Shown: positions 11,966 to 24,687 of the stretch, in pieces
How the letters are laid out: every line of letters starts with the position of its first letter
Numbering within the stretch: position 1 is the first letter of the stretch
DNA from: Squalus acanthias
Taxonomy: Eukaryota
Direction: 5' to 3'
DNA length: 64,000 nt
Assembly: GCA_030390025.1 (NCBI GenBank)
Contig: CM059433.1
Span: 2,046,001-2,110,000, forward strand
Made by a program: the position numbers and the translations under genes
Notes under the pieces: model-generated
What the model saw: the letters and a program-made list of their open reading frames with translations, nothing else
Told to the model about the DNA's origin: nothing
Database searches by the model: none

Positions 11966-12055
11966 ATTTGTTGACAATTGTGGTGATTTGGTGGCATTGC
12001 CGTGGAATGAACAAAGGCATCAGGATCTAGATTGGTGCGAGGAACCAAATCTAAG
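11966..12055 (+). CDS. NBAS: NBAS internal coding exon (90 nt): FVDNCGDLVALPWNEQRHQDLDWCEEPNL(R)
   Basis: ttttttgacag acceptor and AG|gtaaa donor. The peptide resembles vertebrate NBAS PW..H...DWCEE as recalled. Its phase 2 end matches the next exon. Not in the ORF track. Confidence 0.88.
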
Positions 12056-12979
12056 GTAAAATTATGCATTTTATCATTTAATTCTATAAATCTCCCTGCT
12101 GTGCTGTTAACATTATAAGCACCTTATTCTTTAAACGTGTTAAATAAATATGGGTTGTTGAGGTTTTTTTTGGGGAGGAATGGGCAGGTAGAGGGGTAGA
12201 AAGTAGTATGGAACGAACTGCTGATGAACATGAAAGCTCTGAGAGACTAACGAGGCAGGTGGGCAGGCATGTTGGCTAACGGTCAAGAGAAGGTAGTTAA
12301 GCAGCCAGCAGGGGCAGGCAGAATGGCCCAGTGGCTGGGGTGGTCCTTCAACAAGTTTAGGGGGAAGAGTGGCAATACGTCCACTAAAGAGAAGAGGCTT
12401 GCAAGCAGAGCTGTACTCGCTCAACTTGGCAATCACAGGAGTGGCGGCGGGGGGGGACACGAAAACATTTTTTTTGTGGTCCCGATTTGAGTTCAACGGA
12501 CTTGACTTTACTTGCCTCTAGCGAGATATCTGCCAGTCCCTGTAAAATGCACTGCTACATTGCCACCCTGTAACAAATGTTAAATATTATAGGTAGGATA
12601 GACAAACAGCTTGAGTTCAGTTGATTGACAGTCACATAACGTTAGGTAGGATAACATTGTCCTTAGTGTCACTTACAGGCAGTAGAATGTTGAGACCACT
12701 CATCATTTTTAATATATAATAGATAGACAGGTAACACACTTTTTTGCTTAAAATATCCATATGTTTTTGTTTCGTATCCAGAGTTTTCATTAACAACCAA
12801 TCTCTCCTAACATTGCCATTTTGGATTGAGATTTCTATTGTATATTTTCTGCAAGACCCGAAGTAACACACATTTGTTTAATCCTGTCAATCTGGTTCAG
12901 GGAAATTAGCATCTTTCTGGGCCTGGATGACTTTGCATTCTTTTGCAATATTTGTATTTGTTCAATTTAAATTCTTTGA

Positions 12980-13337
12980 ATTTAAAACTCTCATCCTTGT
13001 GTTTAAAATCGTCCATGGCCTCGCCCCTCCCTATCTCCTCCAGCCCTACAATCCTCCGAAATCTCTGCCCTCCTCCAATTCTGTCCTCTTGCACATCCCC
13101 GATTTCCATCGCCCCACCATTGGTGGCCATGCCTTTAGCAACATAGACCTAAGTTCTGGGATCCCCTCCCTAAACCTCTTCACTTCTATATTTCTCTACC
13201 CCTCTCTTCTCCTTTAAGATGTGCCTGTTCAATAATATCTCAGTATGTGACGCGTGTCAAATTTTGTTAACGCTTCTGTGAAACGCCTTGGGATGTTTTA
13301 CAACATTAAAGGCGCCATATAAATGCAAGTTGTTGTT
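12980..13337 (+). mobile_element. L2-clade LINE 3' end
   Basis: FKTLILVFKIVHGLAPPYL..GGHAFS; tail aaaggcgccatataaatgcaagttgttg. Confidence 0.85.
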
Positions 13338-14137
13338 TGCACTAAAATATTAATATTGCAGTCGTGAACTGGAATTACAGTAGCATTAAATGTACATTTA
13401 AACTAGTATTTCAACTAAAAGTAAAAATATATTAAATACTTCAATTCACCTTGCCTTATCTGTTTTTCTATCCCATTCAGTCACTCCTATTTTTATTTTT
13501 AACTTCAAATTTAGAATTTTTTCTACCAAATTTAACTTTTTTCCACTTTTTTTATATCGCTCACTTTGTTCTTGGCTGCCATGTCCAGTTTGTAGGTGGG
13601 AGCAGATTTAGGAACTCTGAGCTTCTTAAAGCCTTTTATTTCCCATCAATTGAAAGTCCAAATTTAGGAGATTTTTGTGCCTTTTTGATGCATATAATTG
13701 AAATGGGCTTTGCTGCTGAGTATACTCTGTATGAATCCTTGGGGTCTGGCAATGCTCAAATGAATAAACTTGATTACACTCAATTAAAAATCCTGATTTT
13801 ATTATGTTGCTGGAAAAGTAAATCCTGATACTGGGAAAATACTATGGCTGAGCTTTCCAAGCTTAAAAAAAGCCTTTGGCCAAAAATAAAGCACAAAGCT
13901 GCTTTAAAAAAAAACTGATCCAGAATAAACATTTCTTCACTAGTTATCTGGTAAACCTTTTACAACAAGTGATGTTCCTTGATAATTTGTACTAACAATC
14001 CTAGCCTCAACACGGAACATATCCGTAAAAGGCATTTAGCCATGACAAGCTTCCTTTGTTGATGGATGAATAAGTTGTCTCTCACTAACTTTGTATTGTA
14101 GCCCTGTGTGTGTGATTTCTGTTCAATCTGATGAAAT

Positions 14138-14765
14138 ACATTGGGGAGACCAAACGCAGATTGGGTGACCGCTTTGCGGAACACTTCCGTTTAGTCCGTA
14201 AGAGTGTCCCCGAGCTTCCGGTCGCCTGTCACTTTAATTCTCCGCTCCACTCCCACTCTGACCTCTCAGTCCTCGGCCTCTTACACTGTTCCAATGAAGC
14301 TCAACGTAAGCTCGAGGAACAGCACCTCATCTTTCGATTAGGCACTTTACAGCCTTCTGGACTCAACATTGAGTTCATCAATTTCAGACCATAACCTCTG
14401 CCCCTATCTTTTTTCCATTTTTTTTTTCTCTCTCTCATGGCAGTTGTCGATCATTCAGCCATTTACACTTCATCTAGAGTCATCTTTTGTTTCTTAACTT
14501 GTCCCATTACCATCTCCTTTTGCCTTGTACCATCATCCCTTTTGTCTCTTAATCTCTCCTGCCTTCCACCCTATCACAGACCTTCCCTTTTGTTCTTTCC
14601 TCCCCTCCCCCCTTTCCCTGCCCCTACACTTGCTTAAAAACTTGTTCCATCTCCAACTTTTTCCAGTTCTGCCGAAGGGTCATCGAATTGAAACGTTAAC
14701 TCTGTTTCTCCCTCCACAGATGCTGCCTGACCTGCTGAGTATTTCCAGCATTTTCTGTTTTTATT
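14138..14765 (+). mobile_element. Penelope-like element 3' part (GIY-YIG endonuclease C-terminus plus terminal repeat)
   Basis: YIGETKRRLGDRFAEH...PVACHFN...EQHLIFRLGTLQPSGLN; TGAAAT duplicated at both ends. Confidence 0.92.
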
Positions 14766-14795
14766 TGAAATGCAATGCTTGTTCCTTTCCTGCAG

Positions 14796-14949
14796 AATGG
14801 TCATAGATTGCAGTCCGCAAGATGTAGCTGAATTTCTTTATGAAGAACAGCCTGAAGTTTTGAAGTACAGAACTACGGAACCTTCAATTGAGTCTCTCAC
14901 CCAGTGGTATCAGAAACGTGCAGAGGAGATTGAGAGTTATTCTAGGCAG
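14796..14949 (+). CDS. NBAS: NBAS exon (154 nt): MVIDCSPQDVAEFLYEEQPEVLKYRTTEPSIESLTQWYQKRAEEIESYSRQ
   Basis: ttcctttcctgcag acceptor, CAG|gtgaga donor; resembles NBAS EFLY..QPE..WY..RAEEIE.Y.RQ. Confidence 0.95.
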
Positions 14950-17900
14950 GTGAGATCAGAAAAAAAGCATGTTCTACTTGTTCACTTTTATGCTGAAATA
15001 AAGTTTTACACATTGCTAAAAGTGAGAATTCTTCTCGGCAAGAAAGACATTCGCTAAGTATTTTTATTCACAACTTTTTCTCAATTCTGAGCAGCATGAA
15101 AACAAACTTCACAAACAGAATTATAAAGAATAGGTAGAAAATAGGTATCAAGAATAGGTAGATACAGATGACAGCATTCAAGATTAGAAATCAAAGAAGA
15201 AATTGTGCTGGTGCAGAAAACTCCTCTGGGAAGTTGTACTGTGGGAAATTGGACTGCGTATTTTGTCGCTGCAAATCAGTTTCAGCTCAACAGTGATGCA
15301 AAACCTAATTATAACTGCAGCTGAAGATTTGGCTTCGAAGTTTGGAATTTTCCCATTCCGTCTGGTGGACGGCCTTCACATTACTTAGTGAAGAAGCCGG
15401 AAGGCAAGTTTGCTCTTGATTAACATTGACATTTCACTGACGCTCTGATACTGGTGAGCCGAGCTCTGCCTATATGCACTTCAGTAGCATGTGAAGACTC
15501 TGCTTTTCTAAAAGCAGGTACTGCTCTCGATTGGTACTTACAGTAGAAATGGAGCAGAATTAATGGGTCCTGTGGATTTTTTTTGCTGCAGCTGCTAATT
15601 TCCTCCCCTGCTGCTTGCATTTTCACCAAAAACTGTGCTGCTTTTAGTGACCACACTGTGGCACCAGATCTTAATTTGTGGAACCTGTCAATTTTAAAAT
15701 AACAAAATCACATGATGAATTTATACCTCATGCAGCAATTACTTGTTATGAGCAGCACGGCAATTTCACAAATTTTCATAAGGGAAAAAAGGAAGCAATA
15801 ACTACTTTTAATTGTAAATAAAAGGAGCTGCTATTATTTTGACAACATAACATTTGTTATGTGGGAGAGCAAATGCTTGAATGGATCAATTTTGCAACAA
15901 CCAGAATGAAAAATTCAATAAAAATGTTCTGTAATTTATTTTTGTGACGTAACTTTGGTTAACAGGATTCCTAACTAATGCTAAATTCAGATTTTATTTT
16001 GCTATATCTTGCCCCTTTATATGTGACTCAAGAAAGATTATTTTGGCAATCAAATTGAAATGTGATGCTGGCATGTATTATATATACTTTACAAAGTATT
16101 CAGCATAGTTGCCATCTTGTACAAAACTACTTTGGTAATATGTAACATCAAAGTGCTTATATTTATAGAAGGCAATTATTTGTTGACTTTTTTTAAACCA
16201 GTGGCAAAACTATATTGATTTACTTTGTTCACCCTCCCTCCAAAAAACTGTGATTGAAGTCCATTTATAATGTACAGCAATAAAATGTCCTGTTAGGAAA
16301 AAAATAAGTGTTGTACGATGACTTTTCCAATTACATGTAATATATAATTTCCCCCCTCCTATAAATTTTAACATCCCAATTTCAGGAAATTCATCATTAC
16401 GCAAGGGAACTGCTGCCACATTGTGAATCTAGTTCTGTGTGTAGACATGGAATAATAGGAATAATAGGAATGCTACACCGAAGGCATAGAAAACAGTGGG
16501 TGTTTTTAAAAAATTAAACTACAATGCTTCAAGACCAGCACAAAAGGGTAATGAAACGTGAAGCTGCTGATGATTATTTTACCCCATCGTGGCATATGCA
16601 TAATTTCATTTTAAAATATATCCAGTTCTTTGCAAAAAAAAGAAAAATGTTGTGCATGTCATACATTGATAATTCTAAATCCTTTCAGTTGTGAAAGATT
16701 ATTTTTAAGCATTTGAAACGCACACCTCTAGCCTCATAATACCTTTTTAATTTTTGCAATGCTAAATTGCTGAAGTTCAGCAGAAGAATTGTCAAACTAA
16801 ACAGTTTTCCTTAATTGATGGCATTCCTAGAATTAACATAACCAATTTCAATTCTGTTCTATTTTTGATTTCACTGCCAAAGGCCTCATTTTTGAGGCAG
16901 CTATTGGTCTTGCTGTATTTTTGCTTTTCAGTCAGATTGGCACAATCATTCTTTATTGCTTTTATGATGAAGAAAATGTGACCACCTAATCATTGTTTCC
17001 CTTAAAAGGAAATCTTGCCTTATATATGCTGATATCTTGATTGATTTGTCTTTTTAAGTTTGTTTCCTCTTGAGGTTCTGTTTGCGTATTCACTTCAGCT
17101 TCTTTTGATTTCTGAACTGACCAGTCTTTTTTTTTCCTCTGCCTACTATACATTGCCTATTAGTCAACCAAGCAGCACAGATCTGGAGCTAAGCAGTTCT
17201 GTAACTCAATTGTATTTTTTTTTAAAATATCTGGGCTTGAGAGGGATAAACGTTGATTTGTTTTGCCCTAATTTTAACTGTTGTTGCCCATTCATTTGTG
17301 GTGATGCTCAGAGGAAAAGAAGGGTTCAGGTGAAGTGATGGTTGAAACCTTGCTAAGTATGCTCTCCTGGCATCAATTTTTTTTTGTTGGGCAAATCAAA
17401 ATAGGATAACTTGATTTTATATGATGCAAAATACCACAATACATGAACACCATGCAGCAGAAAAACTGTTGCAATGTTTAAAACATGTATGAACTAACAC
17501 TTTGAATAAAGGGGGAGCACATCTGTACAATTCTATTTCTGGTGTGGAATCAATACACTGATAATGCAAGAAGCCCTTTCTGAAGATATTACTTGAGTAT
17601 AAAATAATTGTAGTTCGCAATATGTGGACCTGAAAGCATTAGGTGCTCAAAATTTATGCAACTGGAATAGTATTGTGGTTAAAAACACTAAAGTAACAGT
17701 GTAACTCAAAAATAATTAGGAATACTATAGCAGTACAGTTCGAAAAATAAAGTATCACCTTTGAGTGGATTGGTATTTTTATGAACAATATATTGATATA
17801 TTTACATTTTTTTCCTACAAGAAGTGTACATTTTCTTAGGAAATGGATTTATAGAAGGAAGGGTGAGATATCCAGTAGTTATCCACTCACATTTAAAGTG

Positions 17901-18180
17901 GTGAATTTCACTTCTTTATTCACAAATGCAGTTTTCTTTGTGTTTCAAACCTTGTGTTTTGGGAATTGAGACTAATAATGCAGTTCTAGCTTATCCACTT
18001 TGTGTTACGGATTTGAGGTTGGGTGAGTGCATCTCATCTATGATTTTGCGACATATCTTTTTGCGATTTATGTTTTGTTCGTAACATTTCAGTTTTTTTT
18101 TAAAAAAGCATAATTTATAAAGCAGCTGATCTGAATCAGACTATACTCTATTATCCACTGTTTTTCTTTAATCCTTAGTT

Positions 18181-19374
18181 CAGGGGTTCTCAATCTTTTT
18201 GCTTCTGAGGCCCCCCTCCCTTATTATAAAAATTCCATGGAACCCCCACCCCCCCCTGGTAACATAACAAGTATTTTTGCTGTATAAAAATTCCCTCAGC
18301 ACCACTCCCACTCACCATGTTACTACTGCTGCTGCTGCTATCCCGGCACTGCAGAAAGAACTGCTCCCCACGCCCATCCCACTCCGACTTTCCCTCCATG
18401 AGCCCGAATCACCTGACCCCCCCCCCCCCCACCCTGTCTCCCTCTTTCCCCCGACTCCCTCACCGACTGTTCCCGGCACATCAGCCGGTCCCAGTTCTTT
18501 GCTTGATTGTCAGTCAAACAGGCTTTCGCCCCCCCCTCTCCTGTATTTTCATAGCTAATAAACAAAAGTGTACAATGAAAACGAAAAAAACCCACAATTT
18601 TTTTTAAGGCCCGAATGATTTTTCTCCCAAATTGCTGGCGGCAGTGTCCAGATTAATGTTTTATTCCAGGCGACTCCAGGTCAATGCTGGAGGGTTGAAA
18701 TCCTCACTGGAGGCCAACACTGGGTGTGAACAATCAGGCCTGCCTGTGATGCTCTCCTTGGTAGAGCAAGACTGGTAACACTCAAGGTGTAGGCTAGCAG
18801 GTGAAGAATGAATGAGGTGAGGCACCAAAGGGCAGCCAGCACCCTTGTAACTATACTACAGTGTGATTCAGCACTCTTGCTAAATCTATCGGCTATCCGG
18901 GAGTTTCCGATACTGCGCAGAATAAGTTAAGGGTTGGACGCTTTTGACTGCGAGTCTAGATGTCAAATCGGTTGGACATGTAGGTGATCTGCCAGTTGCA
19001 CTGCAACTATTCGTCCAGCAGGCCAGTCCGTCCTTGTATACAGCGGGACCTGGCGAGAGTGGAGCGCAGGATGGAGAACTCAAGCCTGGAGATCTGCGCT
19101 CAGCAACCAGCGACCGCCGTCTCGCTCCCTTCTCAGCGAGCGAGGGGCTGGCCTCAGTGGCAGCTTCAGCCATCCTCGCACAGACGTTTGGGAGGGGGGA
19201 AAACCAAGGTCCGTGTCGGGGCCAGAACCGCCAGTTTGCTCAGCTCGATCCCACCTTTACGCGACGGTGTGTTTTTCTGGGGTTTTTTAAATTTCGGAGG
19301 TTCTTTAAGGTGGACCCCCTGAAACCCTCTCGCGGACCCCTAGGGGGCTGCGGAACCCTGATTGAGAACCCCTT
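18181..19374. mobile_element. hAT (Charlie-type) non-autonomous element
   Basis: TIR CAGGGGTTCTCAAT / ATTGAGAACCCCTT; 8-bp TSD CCTTAGTT/CCTTAGTG with central TA. Confidence 0.85.
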
Positions 19375-20527
19375 CCTTAGTGACCGATGACTCATAAGTT
19401 ATTGTGTTTTATTATCTGACTTATTCACTTTCTTTTAGCTGAGAAGTTATTTAGTGGTTATTTTTACTGCACAATTTGCATAAAACAAATAAAAGGAGCA
19501 CCATTTGGCAACTTTAATAAACTGGTGTGGTCAGAAATGTATATAGGATCTCCACAATGTATTAGAGCTGTGCTACATCTAACCCAGGAATGCATGAGAA
19601 GGGATGTTCATCTACAGCATTGTCAACCCTTCATAAAAAATTTGGAACAGAAAGATATGGGTGTCCGGGGTTTTGTGGATCTGCAGGTGCAGCATTTAAC
19701 CTACAGCATGTGATTCCGAGCTTTAAAAGTGGAAACTCTGCTTGCTCACCTAGCTTTTATCTACATTTTAATGTTTTTGAATTTCTCTCTAAGTGGTAAA
19801 GACATAGCAGTAATGTCAGCCACTATCAATAAACTCATCTAAAGCATTTAATTTGTGCATTGAAGTTCATTGAACAAAATAGATTTATATTTAATTTACT
19901 CGCAAGCCATCACACATGCATACACAAACACACGAGGCTCTATAGTCCTGACTTTGGGCATTCAAAGATCTGTAACTACTATATGTAAAAGAAATTACCA
20001 TTCTGCAATATTACAAGTATTGTACAGTGGAACCCATTTAGATTGATTTGAGAACAAGTCAAATCTTTCACACGTTTTGCAGATTAATTAGTTTTAAAAG
20101 TAAACTGTTTTGGGATCTGTGTTGAATGCTGTCCCCTCACTTCTGGGACCTGGATCAATATCTAACTCCACGTCATGGTGTGAAAGTCTCTCTTCTGTTT
20201 TGTTGAGTCCTGGGTGAAATGAGTTTAAGTAGTCTTAAGCGAGTTCCTGGTGTATGAGTCTGTAGCCTATAATTCCCATAATTCACAAACTGATAGTAAA
20301 ATAGTAGTTTCATGGAGTTTGAAAAATGGAAGAATTGTCATTGGGGTAGTAGACATTGCTGTAGAATTGATGTTAAAATGGAGTGGTGTGGGATATAGCA
20401 TTGAGTGTATCGGATAAAATAGACACATCTTGAAGGGACAGAGAAATGAAAATTAAATATTTGTCATGATCAATCCATGCCAAAACCTTTTGATCAATAT
20501 TAATGTTGCTCTGTTATTTGCCTTTAG

Positions 20528-20713
20528 GTGGATTGTGCCTTATCTCTGGTACGTCTTGGCAAAGAAAGGAACATCCCTGGGTTAGAGGTTCTCTGTGATG
20601 ATCTGATAACTCTGGAAACACTCGTATATGAGGCGGGCGCTGATCCAACTCTTTCGCTGAAGGAACTGCAACAGATGAAAGACATTGATAAACTGAGGCA
20701 ATTGATGATCAAT
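20528..20713 (+). CDS. NBAS: NBAS exon (186 nt): VDCALSLVRLGKERNIPGLEVLCDDLITLETLVYEAGADPTLSLKELQQMKDIDKLRQLMIN
   Basis: cctttag acceptor, AAT|gtaggc donor, phase 0-0; strong resemblance to NBAS. Confidence 0.96.
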
Positions 20714-21119
20714 GTAGGCTGTACAAATATGATTTCAATAAGTCTTTCAGATTATTAACATTGTACTACCATTTGGAAGTTTATTTTTTGGTGTAACTGG
20801 GATACTTTTTCAAAATTAACAGGCAACGCAATTCAAAGGAAAAGTTTTTACTGACATTGATTTTTTTTTCAATACTCCTCTTTACCCCCCACATTGTTCT
20901 CATGTATAAAGCATGGATGACTAACTTGTTCCCAATTCTCTGCCAACTCCACCTTGAGCCATTGCAACAAAGTATGCAAGAGGAATTGACAGTGACTTGT
21001 TAGCTCATTTGTTCCCCCCCCGCCCTCACCAGCGTGGAAGCAAAACTTATGGAATTATGAACAAAAGCCAGTGTCTCACCATTCCATGCAGCCGCACAGT
21101 AGACTGCAGTATACATTGT

Positions 21120-21841
21120 GGCCTGTAATTTACGGTCAACGGCAATGTGACGACGATCGCCGCTGACCTCCAAGAAAGCTGAGGTTTCTGGACGTGTAAT
21201 TGATTGTAGCGCTGTCAACGGGATTCCTAGCGTAGTGCAGCAGTGACGACATCAAGCTGTCTCAGCAACCAATCGCATTGAAGAATTCTCACAGACACCA
21301 AACCAGGAAATAAAAAGCAGCTTTTATCCTCACTTTTTAAAAATGTTAGAGAGCAAAATAAAGATTGGGGCATACACATGGGGTTACGGTAGAAGCTGAA
21401 ATATCATGAACAAACTTTAAAAAAAAAAATGCATTTTAAAACAAATTGTAATTTTTATCATAATGGAGAAATTTGACATTCCACAAATATAAAAATTAGT
21501 TTTTCAAGGCCAGAATGTTTGTTTAGCAGTCAATATGCTGTTAAACCCCCAGTTACACCTATTCTAACAAGGCTTAATATTTAAGGGGTATATTAGTGCG
21601 GAAAAGCTCAAATTTTTGTCAGTTCTGATAATTTCACTGATTGCCAGCTATGTGTGTGTGGGGGGGGGGGGGGGGGTCCACAGCGCAACCTGTGTCGGCG
21701 CAGTGAATGACTGACCGCAACTTCAGGATTTCCACGTTTAGATGTGCGTGCGCTAAATCCTGAAGTTACAGTCCGTTTGAGAGGGGTAATGATGGCGAAC
21801 GCTAACGGTTCGGCGTCATTACCCACCGCAAAATCTGGGCC
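21120..21841. mobile_element. Harbinger-type MITE
   Basis: GGCCTGTAATTTACGGT / ACCGCAAAATCTGGGCC; flanks TGT/TAT; inverted relative at 30434-31184. Confidence 0.72.
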
Positions 21842-22023
21842 TATATTTTCACACAATGACTTTCATAAATATGATCTTCAAAAATAATGAGATTTAGCAT
21901 GATATTGTGATAAAATTCTTCTTAAGCTTCTTAAAAATGTTTAGCTTTTCCCTTCCACCAAAAAGTGTCAATATACATATTACTGTTATATAATTAATGA
22001 CTTTTTCTTTTATATTCCTGTAG

Positions 22024-22197
22024 TCTTCTGAAGAAATGTATATAAAGAATGTGTACCAGTGGGTGGTTCCATTCCTGCACCGCTGCGAGAGTAAAAATAC
22101 AGGATTTGCAGATGAGCTGCTAAAAGAGTATTTAGTAACAGAGGCAAAGGAGGATTTAAAATACCCTTTGAAGATATTTCAGCACTCTAAACCTGAT
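22024..22197 (+). CDS. NBAS: NBAS exon (174 nt): SSEEMYIKNVYQWVVPFLHRCE...LKYPLKIFQHSKPD
   Basis: cctgtag acceptor, GAT|gtatgt donor; YQW.VPFLHRCE and PLKIFQHSKPD motifs. Confidence 0.96.
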
Positions 22198-22734
22198 GTA
22201 TGTTTGATGCTACTGTTTGTTTTACTAGTGGCTTTAATAGATATTGAGGCATGTTTGATTTTTTTTAAATGTTCTCCCACTTCAGACTCAGTGTACCATT
22301 TGTAGTTCCCTGGCCAAGGGCGCTGTCAAGCAGCCAGCTCCCAGGTCTCTGCTGCAGTGTTCAAGTAATGGCTTATCCCAAAATGTTGCCTCCATCCCTT
22401 TGGGGAAAGTGACTGACAGATGCTCTTCTTTGGCACTGCTGACTTTGGGAATTGTGGAAAAGAACCCAAGACCTACTACTGTATGGTACAGCACGTTACA
22501 GAAACAGCATGCTGTGTCATTCATTTCTGGTGGGATTCCACTGAGCAATTCATAAATCATCTAAATTGAAATGTGCACATTTGTATAATCAAGTTACACT
22601 GTTCACATGCAGTTACTGAGGCAGTATGACATACTGAGACAGTGGCACATAAGGGCTGCTTACTATAGGCATTATGTTCAAACTACCAGGCTGGCAATGT
22701 TCTAAGCTTCATATCAATATATATGTAGTTTGTT

Positions 22735-23096
22735 ACATAAGAACATAAGAAATAGGAGCAGGAATTGGCCATTTGGCCCCTCGAGCCTGCTCCGCCATTG
22801 AATAAGATCATGGCTGATCTTCTACCTCATCTCCACTATCCCCATATCCCTTGATTCCCATAATATCCAAAAATCTATCGATCTCTGTCTTGAATATACT
22901 TAATGACTGAGACTCCACAGCCCTCTGTGGTAGAGAATTCCAAAGATTCACCACCCTCTGAGTGAAGAAATTTCTCCTCATCTCAGTCCTGAATGGCCGA
23001 CTCCTTATTCTGAGACTGTGACCCCTGGTTCTAGACTCCCCAGCCAGGGGAAACATCCTCCCTGCATCTACCCTGTCAAGCCCTGTAAGAATTTTT
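22735..23096 (-). mobile_element. CR1 3' end
   Basis: RTRGHSLRI..FFTQRVVNLWNSLP; ACATAAGA tail. Confidence 0.92.
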
Positions 23097-23355
23097 GTTC
23101 ATCCTTGGGAACTGCTAGATTTTTATGTACTTGATGTTTTTGCATGTTTGCCTCCATATTGCTGATTGATTTTGTGATTTGTCTACCCAGATGTTTTAAA
23201 TGTAATTTAGTAACTTGCTATTCATTTCTTTCTTGCATTATTTTGGATGTTTTTCATTTTTTTTTAAAAAGCAATAGGAATAATAACAGCATGTTTTCTC
23301 AAAATGTACAAGAAATTTGGTTCATTCCATCCCTCTGTATGTTCTTTTTAATTAG

Positions 23356-23489
23356 TGTCAGCAGAAAATTATTCCTGACCATCACCAGTTGATGACAGTA
23401 GCCCTAGAATGTCTCTACAAGTGTGATCGAGATGATCAGCTGTCTCTTTGTTATGATGTGCTTGAATGTTTACCACAGAGAGGTTTTGG
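23356..23489 (+). CDS. NBAS: NBAS exon (134 nt): CQQKIIPDHHQLMTVALECLYKCDRDDQLSLCYDVLECLPQRGF(G)
   Basis: ttaattag acceptor, GG|gtaagt donor; translated by hand, matches NBAS QQKIIPD..QLM..ALEC..LECLP.RG. Confidence 0.95.
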
Positions 23490-23658
23490 GTAAGTATGAT
23501 TCAAGCTATGAAGATTTATAAGTAGATTGATTTATGAAACAATAATTATTCTGAAAACCATTAATATATTTAAAAGCAAATAGTTGCCATTATGCTATCT
23601 TCCTGTACCTCATATTTCCTAAAATATATTTCTTTATTTTTACTTAAGATTGAGGTTC

Positions 23659-23958
23659 ATTGGGGGGAGGTGAAACTAGATAAACACATGAGGGAGAAAG
23701 GAATAGAAGGATGTGTTAATGAAGTTAGATGAGGAAGGGTGGGAGGAGGCTCATGTGGAGCATAAACACGGGCCTGAACCTGTTGGGCCGAATGGCCTTT
23801 TTCTGTGCTGTGAATTCTATGTAATATATAAGAACATAAGACGTAGGAGCAGGAGTAGGTCATTTGGACCCTCGAGCCTGCTCCGCCATTCAATAAGATC
23901 ATGGCTGATCTGATCTTGGCCTCAACTCCACTTCCCTGCCCGCTGCCTATAACCCTAT
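23659..23958. mobile_element. Two CR1 3' ends joined tail to tail (+ 23659-23822, - 23826-23958)
   Basis: Typical CR1 3' UTR gggccgaatggcct and microsatellite tails. Confidence 0.8.
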
Positions 23959-24034
23959 GTAATTAAACTCATGTGGTCTTGCTAACATAATTTTCTTTCT
24001 AAATTTGAGTGCATTAATTTATAAAAAAATCTAT

Positions 24035-24663
24035 GGCCTGAAATTCCTTGAAAACTTGTGCCAAAACAACGTTGTAAGTATGGCGTAATGGCGATTTTCG
24101 ATGTAAAAGTTTGTGGAAGTTCAGTTGTAAGTGACTTACGCCATTTTTACACGACACCCAAATTTCCTCAATCTTTTGTGCTGCTTTCTGTGAAATCTCT
24201 GTCAAAATTGTCCATAGTCCCTCAGTACAAAAGTGCAGCTCATGTGAATTTCCTGTATTTACCTCTGTTCTAAATGGGCTGTAAATATACCTGGAACAGA
24301 TGCTTTATTTATTTCTCCTCCACTGAGGCCTCCAATGTATTTTCTGTATCTTAAATGATTTGCATTATAAATTGAAAAGCTTCCACAATTGTATTTTCTT
24401 AAACATGCTGTGCTTATTGTGCATAAATGATGGTTTGATGTCTTTTGATAATTTTTATGCATAAAAAACGACTTAAAGAAGGAATATGGCCTAAGTTCAG
24501 TGCTTTCCTGCTCAATTGTTATGCTGATTTCCATTTGTTTTCTGGGCATGTTTGCATATTCGAATGAGATTCTCAGGATATTTCAGTATAACTCGCTGAC
24601 GAGAAGATCAGTGTAAATTTTGCCGTAACTTGCCAGTTACACCGTTCCAGGAAATTCAGGGAC
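24035..24663. mobile_element. Degenerate Harbinger-type MITE
   Basis: GGCCTGAAATTCC ... GGAAATTCAGGGAC termini. Confidence 0.55.
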
Positions 24664-24687
24664 GTATATATGTGCTTCTCACTCACT

